Below, piece after piece: positions 1 through 7,544 of a stretch of 38,501 nucleotides of DNA. Location of the stretch: the sequence record SRR2962707_1633; one strand, given 5' to 3'. Both the position numbers and the translations under genes were made by a program. The stretch's first letter is position 1. Each line of letters starts with the position of its first letter. A model generated the notes under the pieces. The model saw nothing but the letters and a program-made list of their open reading frames with translations. It did no database searches and had not been told where the DNA came from.

Positions 1-747
1 GCCGGAATAGAGCCGGGCGATGCCGTCGGCATCGATATGGACATTGAACTCGGCGCCTGCCGTCGATCCGAATACCTGGTAGCCGGTGGTGGCATCGCCG
101 TCGGTGTTGAACCAGAAGGTCGTTCCCGGTGCGATCGGCTGGGCACTCGAGAGCGCGAATACGAAATGATCGGGTTCAACCCGGCCGTACATTGCGTATC
201 CTTCGACCAGCGTCGATTGGGTATCGAGACGTTGATCTTCAGTCCACTCGGTCAGCAGCCCGTCAAATGTGCTGTCGGGCATCTGGGTAACGAGATACCC
301 GCCGTCGGCATATGACGATGGCAGAAACACGGAATTGTTGATGTCCGCATAAACCGTGAGCGAGGTCACAGCGAGTCCGACCAGCGCCTGGGGCAATTTC
401 ATTTCCAGCGTCATCCCCCCGGCGCCGATTACATATTCGATTTCGGCAACAAGGGTTGCCCCTTCCGAGCCCGAATAGAGCCGGGCGATCCCGTCGTCGC
501 CGAAGTTTATGTTGAACTCTGCACCCACCGCCCAATCAAAGACCAGGTGTCCGGTCTCGCCGTTGGCGTCGGTGTTGAGCCAGAACGTCGTGTTGGGTCC
601 GATCGGCACGGCACTTTCCAGTGCAATGAGGAAAGCCCCGTCCTCATACCGGCCAAAGAGCGCATAACCATCGACGAGCGTTTCGGGCCGCTCGAGGCGA
701 TCGGATGGCGACCAGTCGGTGAGGGTTCCATCAACGGTGATGGTCAT
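1..747 (-). CDS. N-terminal part (249 aa visible) of a large protein made of tandem ~156-aa CBM9/DOMON-like repeats; continues beyond the left edge
   Basis: Manual translation from the ATG at 747 (RBS AGGAG upstream; overlaps the TGA of the upstream ORF as ATGA) is open to position 1. Repeat 1: MTITVDGTLTDW...TTFWLNTDANGETG...GAEFNI...GIARLYSG...TLEMKLP. Repeat 2: TFDGLLTEW...TTFWFNTDGDATTG...GAEFNV...GIARLYSG. It is absent from the ORF track because there is no stop in the window. No signal peptide. Confidence 0.85.
   Translation of the reverse strand, partial: MTITVDGTLTDWSPSDRLERPETLVDGYALFGRYEDGAFLIALESAVPIGPNTTFWLNTDANGETGHLVFDWAVGAEFNINFGDDGIARLYSGSEGATLVAEIEYVIGAGGMTLEMKLPQALVGLAVTSLTVYADINNSVFLPSSYADGGYLVTQMPDSTFDGLLTEWTEDQRLDTQSTLVEGYAMYGRVEPDHFVFALSSAQPIAPGTTFWFNTDGDATTGYQVFGSTAGAEFNVHIDADGIARLYSG
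5..489 (-). repeat. Intragenic tandem domain repeat with a 468-bp (156-aa) period
   Basis: Identical 17-mer GAATAGAGCCGGGCGAT at 5-21 and 473-489, plus collinear protein similarity along the unit. Confidence 0.9.
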
Positions 748-1418
748 TGGGGTGTCTCCTGTGCAGAAGGGTTGTCAATCAGCGCCAATGATCGCCATTC
801 GGCGGTTTCATCCGTCGCTGCTGATTTGAGGCGTTCAAGCCGCGCAAGGTCGTGCTGGCTTGCCAGCCCGTTCGTGCGGCCCAATTCGATGGTGGCACGC
901 TCACCGGTCCGGTCGCCCTCAAGCCGGTACAGCCCGATCAGCCGCCGATAGGCGGCGGCGGTGGGTGTCCGGACAAAGATCTGTGCGAGGATGCGGGCTT
1001 CGTTGCCGTAGGAATTCTGGGCTCGATAAACGTCGATCAGCATCGGCCGTGCCCAGTCACTTTGCGGGCGGGTGGCGATTTCGTCTTCAAGCAGATGCGT
1101 AAGTGGGCCGATCTCACCCTGGGCCTGATAGAGCCCAGCCAGCGAATAGGCCTCGAACGGGTTGAGCCGAGCCGTTTCGCGCTTGGTTTCATATAGCACT
1201 ATGGCTTCGCTTACTCGCCCCTGCGAAAGCAGCACCTGAGCCTTTTCCTCGGTGTTGGGCAGCATGGCAATCGCCGCAACGATGGTGACTGCGACGATAA
1301 CCGCGACAAAGATCGTGGTTCGTTCGGACGGATCCATGCGCGACAGGAAGGCCAGGGGGCCGGGGCCCGAAAGCCATGTCGGCCGGTAGGGTTCGCGGTG
1401 GTCAGCGAGAGTGGGCAT
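744..1418 (-). CDS. Membrane-anchored TPR-like protein (224 aa); possible stand-alone counterpart of the PelB TPR region
   Basis: Probable start ATG 1418 (AGGGAG RBS; the ORF track extends it to 1490). One hydrophobic helix (IFVAVIVAVTIVAAIAML) followed by TPR-like helices (AQVLLSQGRVSEAIVLYE, LAGLYQAQGE, LIDVYRAQN, LIGLYRLEGD). Overlaps both neighbours. Confidence 0.65.
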   Translation of the reverse strand: MPTLADHREPYRPTWLSGPGPLAFLSRMDPSERTTIFVAVIVAVTIVAAIAMLPNTEEKAQVLLSQGRVSEAIVLYETKRETARLNPFEAYSLAGLYQAQGEIGPLTHLLEDEIATRPQSDWARPMLIDVYRAQNSYGNEARILAQIFVRTPTAAAYRRLIGLYRLEGDRTGERATIELGRTNGLASQHDLARLERLKSAATDETAEWRSLALIDNPSAQETPQ

Positions 1419-2313
1419 CGTCGAGCTCCCTGTCGCCGACAAACAACACCACCCCGAGCGTCGCGGCGGCATCGTGGGCCTGGGCAACATCAGCGGAGGC
1501 GCTGAGATACTCGGCCAGGAACACCGGCTTGCCCTCAGCAGTGAGGCGGGAGATCAGTTCGAGAGAAGCGCGCAGCGTCCCGAGGCTGTTGCGCTGCTCG
1601 TCTTCTTCGGCGCCAAACAGCAGGTCTTCCTTGGCCAGTCCGTCGATGATGTGGCGGTATGAAGGGTCGCTCAGCAGCTCTTCGCCATTCTGCGGCACGA
1701 CCAGAAATTGCGGCACGCCGGAACGGGCATAGGCGGCAAGGCTATTGACGAAAGCCACCATCGCGCTTTTGCGGGGGGAGGCGCCGAGCTGGGGATCGTT
1801 GCGCTCGAAAGCATCGACCCGATCGAGATAGACGCCATCGAAGCCGGCCGCGATAATCTGGTCGAGATAGCTGGCGGGCTGACCGAAAATGATCGCCTGC
1901 CAGGCTGGGTCCCAGTAACGGATATCGTAATTGCCGTCCCATTCGGGGTTCTCGCCAAGCAGCCAGGCCGGGCGGTTCCGGGCCCAGTCGTCCTGCCAGT
2001 AGAACCGGTAGCTTTCAGCCTCACCTATTGAGAGATAGGCGAGGACAAAGCGCCGCGATCCATCGGGCTTGGTTTTGAGGGTGGCGATTTCGCGGGCGGA
2101 AAAGGCGCCTTCCACCGTCCCATCGCGCGAGTAGTCAATGACCAGCAGGTCAGAATGGGTGGCGGCAAGGATACGCAGATCGATCCCCTGGAGCTGGTAG
2201 CTCCAGGACCGAACTCCGGCCAGTGCCGAAGCTGCTCCGCCGATTGCATACGACGAAAGCATCAGCGGAAATGCGGCCAGGACGGCGGCCAGTCCGGCCA
2301 AGCGTATCCCCAT
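1402..2313 (-). CDS. Secreted TM1410/MJ1477-type (PF03537, GH114/GH166-like) endo-alpha-1,4-polygalactosaminidase, similar to the PelA hydrolase domain
   Basis: Signal peptide; motifs SWSYQLQG, LAYLSIGEAESYRFYW, GENPEWDGNY, GFDGVYLDRVD, VPQNGEEL and AKEDLLFG are typical of this family; no deacetylase domain. Confidence 0.85.
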   Translation of the reverse strand: MGIRLAGLAAVLAAFPLMLSSYAIGGAASALAGVRSWSYQLQGIDLRILAATHSDLLVIDYSRDGTVEGAFSAREIATLKTKPDGSRRFVLAYLSIGEAESYRFYWQDDWARNRPAWLLGENPEWDGNYDIRYWDPAWQAIIFGQPASYLDQIIAAGFDGVYLDRVDAFERNDPQLGASPRKSAMVAFVNSLAAYARSGVPQFLVVPQNGEELLSDPSYRHIIDGLAKEDLLFGAEEDEQRNSLGTLRASLELISRLTAEGKPVFLAEYLSASADVAQAHDAAATLGVVLFVGDRELDDAHSR

Positions 2314-2388
2314 AACGCAAGTCTCCCATTCGCCCGATCATTTGGGTCGGGGCGATCTGGACACTATGGGGGCGCTGCCTGCGCAATG

Positions 2389-2402
2389 TTGACATTCATC
2401 AA
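2389..2402. promoter_or_regulatory. FixK/FNR-type binding site TTGAC-ATTC-ATCAA in the divergent pel-like promoter
   Basis: Matches TTGAY-N4-RTCAA exactly. Candidate -10 hexamers lie at class-II distance on both sides: CATTAT at 2425-2430 (+) and TAGTGT at 2366-2361 (-). Confidence 0.75.
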
Positions 2403-2487
2403 CTCGGGGTCGGCTTGGGCACGACATTATTGGGGCAGTTGTCACAAGACGTTCGGGAACCCGAACAGAGAAAGCAGGGTGGCCATC

Positions 2488-3189
2488 ATGGCACAGTCCA
2501 TTCAGACCTCTTCCGGGGCAAAATCCGCGCCCCTTCCGGAAAAGCCAGTCGCCCGGACATTGTTTACCGCGCTCAAGACACTGGTCTTTGCCACCGAACT
2601 GGTTGGAATTATCCTGCTCGTTCTGGGGTACATCGACCTGGGCACCGCGCTGGCCCTTCATCTGGGATATTGCGCCGTGTTGCTGGCGACCGTTTTTACG
2701 GCGGAGCGCGGCGGCGTCTATTCGGGCGATCTTCAGTGCTTTGCGCTTCAGGTGCTGGTGGCTGGCCCGCTGGGCGCGGCCTCGGCCATGATCGACGAGC
2801 AGCTTTCATCTCGCATCCGTTCAGAGCATCTCCAGCGCTGGTACGATACCATAGCGCCACCACTTAAACCGGCAGTGACCCTGGCCGACCGTATCCGTGA
2901 CGATCAGGTCGTCCGTCCGGCAGCACGGCTGCCGAAATCGGTCGACCGGCTGATTACGTCGGGCTCGATGCGGGAGAAACAGGCGCTTTTTGCCTCGATC
3001 GTTGCCGACGGCCCAACCGAGGGCGTCAACCTGATCGAAAAGGCGCTGCGCAGCCGCGATCAGCGGGTTCGCGTCCAGGCGGCCGCCGTTTCCGCGCTCT
3101 TTCGCTCCAAGGTTCGCATCAGTGCGGGCCAGCGTCATCAATCGGATATTGCCGTTCCTGCCAATGACTTCACGACGCCTGCAGCATAG
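2488..3189 (+). CDS. pelE: PelE-like membrane protein (TM helices plus HEAT-like repeat), 233 aa
   Basis: Probable start ATG 2488 (the ORF-track start 2155 overlaps the divergent gene). N-terminal TM helices, then HEAT-like NLIEKALRSRDQRVRVQAAAV. Sits directly upstream of pelF-pelG. No C-terminal TPR. Confidence 0.6.
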   Translation: MAQSIQTSSGAKSAPLPEKPVARTLFTALKTLVFATELVGIILLVLGYIDLGTALALHLGYCAVLLATVFTAERGGVYSGDLQCFALQVLVAGPLGAASAMIDEQLSSRIRSEHLQRWYDTIAPPLKPAVTLADRIRDDQVVRPAARLPKSVDRLITSGSMREKQALFASIVADGPTEGVNLIEKALRSRDQRVRVQAAAVSALFRSKVRISAGQRHQSDIAVPANDFTTPAA

Positions 3190-3200
3190 GGGCTGACGAC

Positions 3201-4730
3201 ATGGAAATGCCCTCCTGGTTTGTGCCCACTTGGCGCGACCCCGAGCCTGAAACAGATGTGTGCCTGATCGCCGAGGGCTGCTACCCCTATGTTGCGGGAG
3301 GGGTCTCCACCTGGATCGACTGGCTTATCAGAAGCCATCCGGATCTGAGCTTTTCGGTGCTGGCCATCTTGCCGAGCATACCGCTGACCGAACCGCGCTA
3401 TGAGCGCCCGGCCAATCTGAAGGCCATCGATCACCTGTATCTTGACGACAAGAGCAGGGGCCAGAAGAACAGCTGGCCGGCCATGACGCCGCAATGGTAC
3501 GCCGATACGCTCACCGCAATTCTCGATCATGGCGATCCGGCGGCGTTTCATGCACTGCTCGACAAGCTGGGGCCGGGAAGACGTCGCCCTGGCGTTGCGG
3601 CACTGCTCGATTCCCCCCAGGCATGGCAGGCGCTTTCGGCCGGCTATGGACGCATGCCGCAGACGGCGTTCATTTCGTATTTCTGGGCATGGCGTGCGCT
3701 GGCCGGCGGGTTATTGCGCACCCTTGTCAGCCCGCTTCCCAACGCCCGGCTCTACCATTCGGTTTCCACGGGCTATGCAGGACTGGTTGCGGCGCGTGCT
3801 GCCCACGATACCGGCCGTCCGGTGATGATTACCGAGCACGGAATCTATTCCAACGAGCGGCGCGTCGAAATCCTGATGGCCGACTGGATCAAGAACAGCA
3901 TCGAAACCGGGCTCGATTTTACCGATGAGCGCCAGGATGTTCGCGATTTCTGGGCCGACGCTTTTGAAAGCTTTGCGCGCATCGCCTATAGCGCGGCCGA
4001 CGACGTTATCGCGCTCTATGGCGACAACAACGCCTTCCAGCTGGCGCTGGGGGCCGACGCCAAGAAGCTCACCGTGGTCCCCAACGGGGTGGATGTCGAC
4101 CGCTTCAATACGCTGCCTGAACGCGTTTCAAAACGTCCCACCCTGGCGTTTATCGGCCGCGTCGCGCCGATCAAGGACATCCAGACGTTTATCGATGTCG
4201 CCGAACGGGCTGCGTCCAAGGTCAAGGACCTGCGCGCCTTCATCATAGGGCCGATGGATGAAGATCCCGAGTACGCCCAGAGCTGCATCGACGCCGTCAA
4301 TGAGCGTGGGCTGACTGACACCATCATTTTTACCGGTCCGGTCGATGTGCGCGACTACATGGCCGAAATAGATGTTCTCATGCTCACCTCGATTTCCGAG
4401 GCGCTGCCGCTCGTTATTCTCGAAGCCGGGGCTGCGGGTGTTCCCTGCATCGCAACCGATGTTGGCGCCTGCCGGGAAATCCTGGGATGCCCGGGCAGTC
4501 CCGGGCAGGCAGCCGTCGCTGGCATTGGCGGCATGGTCGCGCCGGTTGGCGATGTCGGGGCGCTCGTTTCGGCCGCCGTGCATCTGCTCAACAATCCCAT
4601 GGCGCGCGAGAAGATGGGTGCAGCGCTACGCTCCAAGGTCCGGATCCAGTTCCGGTCGGATACCATCGCTGCGGCCTATACGAAACTTTACGGCCGACAT
4701 CTTTCCAAATTCGCCAAGAGTGAGGTCTAG
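3201..4730 (+). CDS. pelF: GT4 glycosyltransferase PelF (DUF3492 + Glycos_transf_1)
   Basis: PelF signatures DVCLIAEGCYPYVAGGVSTW, HSVSTGYAG, ITEHGIYSNER, GRVAPIKDI and the EX7E motif SEALPLVILE. Confidence 0.93.
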   Translation: MEMPSWFVPTWRDPEPETDVCLIAEGCYPYVAGGVSTWIDWLIRSHPDLSFSVLAILPSIPLTEPRYERPANLKAIDHLYLDDKSRGQKNSWPAMTPQWYADTLTAILDHGDPAAFHALLDKLGPGRRRPGVAALLDSPQAWQALSAGYGRMPQTAFISYFWAWRALAGGLLRTLVSPLPNARLYHSVSTGYAGLVAARAAHDTGRPVMITEHGIYSNERRVEILMADWIKNSIETGLDFTDERQDVRDFWADAFESFARIAYSAADDVIALYGDNNAFQLALGADAKKLTVVPNGVDVDRFNTLPERVSKRPTLAFIGRVAPIKDIQTFIDVAERAASKVKDLRAFIIGPMDEDPEYAQSCIDAVNERGLTDTIIFTGPVDVRDYMAEIDVLMLTSISEALPLVILEAGAAGVPCIATDVGACREILGCPGSPGQAAVAGIGGMVAPVGDVGALVSAAVHLLNNPMAREKMGAALRSKVRIQFRSDTIAAAYTKLYGRHLSKFAKSEV

Positions 4731-4732
4731 AC

Positions 4733-6127
4733 ATGGCCGGCATCGGGTTTGCCCTTTCCAAGCTGAGCAGTCAGAACAATCTGGCCGGGCATTCCATGGC
4801 CACCGGTCATGCCATCATGGTTACGGCCGGGCCATGGATCGTCATCATGGTCGGCCTGGCGTTGATTTCATGGCTCGGCGTTCCGCTGGTGGGGCTGGAG
4901 ATGACGACGACGTTCCGCGTCCTGGTCATCTATTGCTTTGCACTCTCTCTGGTGGTGACGGCCCCTATCGCGCTCGAGCTCAATCTGCGCGTTTCGGCCC
5001 AGTTGTTCGACCGCCGCTTCGACCAGGTACATGGCATCTACAATGGTGCCCTGGGGGTTGCGGCGCTGATTACCGTGGTTCTCGCCTGGGTGCTGTTTTA
5101 CGTTATCATCGGGCTGGACATGGCCACGGCGACGGCCGCCACCTTCTGCGTTTTGCAGGTGTCGCTGCTCTGGCTCACCATGTCCATGGTCGCGGCGATC
5201 CGCCAATATACCACGGTGACAACGGGCTTTACCATGGGGTTGAGCGTGTCGGTCGTGCTCGGCCTGTCGCTCGCCAGCCTGGGCTATGGTGTTGCGGGCC
5301 TGCTCGCCGGGTTCGGGGCGGGGCTGTTTCTGGCCTTTGCCATTCTGCACGGGCTCATTGTCCAGACCTTTCCCGGCCGGATGCTGCGCTTATCCGACGG
5401 CATTCGATCGCTGATCGCCCACCCCATACGCTCGCGCACTTTCGTCATAGCGGGGCTGTCGAGCGCGCTCGCCGTGTGGATCGACAAGCTCGTCGTCTGG
5501 CAATCGTATGAAGCCACGGCCATCGCGCATGGGCTCATTCACGCGCCACGATACGATGTGCCCATGTTTATTGCCTATCTCTCGATCGTTCCGCTGATGA
5601 GCATCGTTTCGATCTGGCTGGAGACCGATTTTTTCGTCGCCTATCGCAAGTATCGCGACATCGTCCATTCGGGCGGCACGCTCCGCCACATCGATGCCCA
5701 GCGCAGCGAGATCACCGGGCAGACCACAAATACGATCTTTTCGGCTTTCGTTATCCAGATCGCGATCAGTCTCGTGCTGGCGCTGGCCGGACCCTGGATC
5801 GTCGGCTTTCTCGGACTTGGGCTCGAAACGCTGCAGGTCCTGCGTCTCGCGCTGATTGGCGCAGCGTTCCACTTTCTTTTTCTCGCATGCGTCGGGGTTA
5901 TCCTCTTTGTGCAGTACGCGCGTGCCTACTTCGTGCTGCAGGCCACCTTTCTCGTGCTCAATGGTGGGCTGACTTATGCGCTGCTGGCCAATCCGGACGC
6001 CCTGGGACTGGGGTACGTGATCGCAACGGGCGCCGCTGCGATCCTTGCCTATGTGGTCATGGTCAACACGCTCAAGGTGATGAACAGGCTGACATTCATC
6101 GACAATAACCCGGCGGTTGCAGGCTAG
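4733..6127 (+). CDS. pelG: Pel polysaccharide transporter PelG (MOP-like, ~12 TM)
   Basis: MAGIGFALSKL start, AGPW, WIDKLVVW, YDVPMFIAYLSIVP, LETDFF..YRKY; begins 2 bp after the pelF stop. Confidence 0.92.
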   Translation: MAGIGFALSKLSSQNNLAGHSMATGHAIMVTAGPWIVIMVGLALISWLGVPLVGLEMTTTFRVLVIYCFALSLVVTAPIALELNLRVSAQLFDRRFDQVHGIYNGALGVAALITVVLAWVLFYVIIGLDMATATAATFCVLQVSLLWLTMSMVAAIRQYTTVTTGFTMGLSVSVVLGLSLASLGYGVAGLLAGFGAGLFLAFAILHGLIVQTFPGRMLRLSDGIRSLIAHPIRSRTFVIAGLSSALAVWIDKLVVWQSYEATAIAHGLIHAPRYDVPMFIAYLSIVPLMSIVSIWLETDFFVAYRKYRDIVHSGGTLRHIDAQRSEITGQTTNTIFSAFVIQIAISLVLALAGPWIVGFLGLGLETLQVLRLALIGAAFHFLFLACVGVILFVQYARAYFVLQATFLVLNGGLTYALLANPDALGLGYVIATGAAAILAYVVMVNTLKVMNRLTFIDNNPAVAG

Positions 6128-6161
6128 ACCCTGCGCTGCCCCGGAACCAAGGATAAACACA

Positions 6162-6698
6162 GTGAACGTCCATGCGCCGAAACGGGGGAGTCCCAGGCTC
6201 TCGCTGGGAGAAACGACCAGAGGCTCCACGAACCATTGGGTGGGGGTCGTTGAAGGCGCCGTGCTGATTGGCGGTGTGTTTGCCGTCGAACGCCTGGGGT
6301 TGTTCGATCTTCAGACGCTGCCGCTCCATCCGCTGGTTCTCGCCGTGGCGCTGATTGCCGCTCAATATGGGGCTTCGGGCGGGATCATGGCCGCTGCAAT
6401 GGCTTCCGCACTTGCGCTTCTGGGCGGCACGCTGCCCCAAAGGGTGGTGGGAGAGGGGTACTTTGAGTATCTCGCTGCGGTCTGGACGACGCCTTTGGCC
6501 TGGCTGGTCATCGCCGTGCTCGTGGGGATCATCTCGGATGGCCACCGGCGATTGCTGCAGCGCTCCGAGCAAGCGCTTTTTGAAGTGCAGAAAGAGCGCG
6601 ACCTGATTTCAGCGCAATATGAGGCACTGGCGGCACGCGCCAAACGGCTCGAAAGGCGCGTTGCAGGGATCGAGAACGGCTCCTCGTCTCGTCGATGA
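6162..6698 (+). CDS. Mini-PelD-like protein: 4 TM helices and a coiled coil only (178 aa)
   Basis: Probable GTG start at 6162 after AAGGA. TM region with HPLVLAVALIAAQYGASGGIMAA resembles the PelD membrane domain, followed by a coiled coil (RRLLQRSEQALFEVQKERDLISAQYEALAARAKRLERRV) and a stop. No GAF or GGDEF domain. Confidence 0.6.
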   Translation: MNVHAPKRGSPRLSLGETTRGSTNHWVGVVEGAVLIGGVFAVERLGLFDLQTLPLHPLVLAVALIAAQYGASGGIMAAAMASALALLGGTLPQRVVGEGYFEYLAAVWTTPLAWLVIAVLVGIISDGHRRLLQRSEQALFEVQKERDLISAQYEALAARAKRLERRVAGIENGSSSRR

Positions 6699-6802
6699 AA
6701 ATTGGTTTGCTGTCAATATCGTACAAACCCTAGTGGGAGAACCGGAATTTCTTAACAAAAGTTAAAAACCCATAATTAAGAAAATATGGGAGGACTAAAC
6801 AA

Positions 6803-7456
6803 ATGTTTATGCAAAGGGAGCCCCGCAGTATGGGTCCAAGTTCCATCACCGGAGCTGCCGGGTATACGGGATTTGCTGAGGGTTTGAAGCTTAGCGCTAC
6901 CGCACGGCATAGGGAAAAAGAGCTCATCTATGCTCAGGGCGACGAGGCCGGCGACATCTTTATCGTCGAATTCGGCTGCGTCCGCGTCTCTCGGATAACG
7001 CTGGAAGGCCGTCGACTGGTCACCGGGTTTTACTTTGCGGGCGAGGTCTTCGGCTTCGAAACGGGCTCCGAGCGGCAGTGCTACGCTGAAGCGCTCGAAT
7101 ATTCAGGCACGCGGAAATTTCATCTCGAAGATAGGGATCTGACCAATCCGCGGATTGCCGATATGCTGTTTGACTACCTTGAAAGCACCCATCAGCACCT
7201 GTTGATACTGGGAACCCAGAATGCCATCGAACGCGTGGCTGCATTTCTTGTGGGGATTGCCGACCGGCGGGGGGGCGACGGTCCACGGGCCCGTCTTCCG
7301 ATGTCGCGGAGCGATATTGCCGATCATTTGGGGCTGACGCTGGAAACCGTATCGCGCGCCATTCACCGCCTGCAGGTTCTCAAGCTCATTACGCTGGTGG
7401 GCGCACGCGATGTCATTCTGCTCGACCGCGAGGCGCTGATCGATCTGGGCGCTTAG
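6803..7456 (+). CDS. fixK: CRP/FNR-family transcriptional regulator, FixK-like
   Basis: GGAGG RBS; IYAQGDEA, GRRLVTGFYFAGEVFG, ERVAAFL and HTH LPMSRSDIADHLGLTLETVSR (E..SR recognition helix); no N-terminal Fe-S cysteine cluster; adjacent to fixJL-like genes. Confidence 0.8.
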   Translation: MFMQREPRSMGPSSITGAAGYTGFAEGLKLSATARHREKELIYAQGDEAGDIFIVEFGCVRVSRITLEGRRLVTGFYFAGEVFGFETGSERQCYAEALEYSGTRKFHLEDRDLTNPRIADMLFDYLESTHQHLLILGTQNAIERVAAFLVGIADRRGGDGPRARLPMSRSDIADHLGLTLETVSRAIHRLQVLKLITLVGARDVILLDREALIDLGA

Positions 7457-7497
7457 ACCGGTGTTTCGCAGGGTGTTGGAGTAGTGCCTGTTTTGTA

Positions 7498-7539
7498 GCG
7501 TATTGAGGTAAAGTGGTGTCGCACTTTATCTCAGTACGC
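7498..7539 (+). terminator. 18-bp stem-loop between convergent fixK and fixJ
   Basis: GCGTATTGAGGTAAAGTG-gtgtcg-CACTTTATCTCAGTACGC; two G-U pairs on the + strand; no U-tract. Confidence 0.5.
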
Positions 7540-7544
7540 CCCAG

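Noticed and set aside
2155-2487. N-terminal extension of the pelE-like ORF in the ORF track
   Set aside because: It overlaps the divergent hydrolase gene and spans the promoter; ATG 2488 is more plausible.
6752-6779. Possible CtrA box (TTAA repeats)
   Set aside because: Spacings are N6 and N10, not the required TTAA-N7-TTAA.
6803-7456. O2-sensing FNR/FnrN assignment
   Set aside because: Only two cysteines and no N-terminal Fe-S cluster motif; FixK-type fits better.
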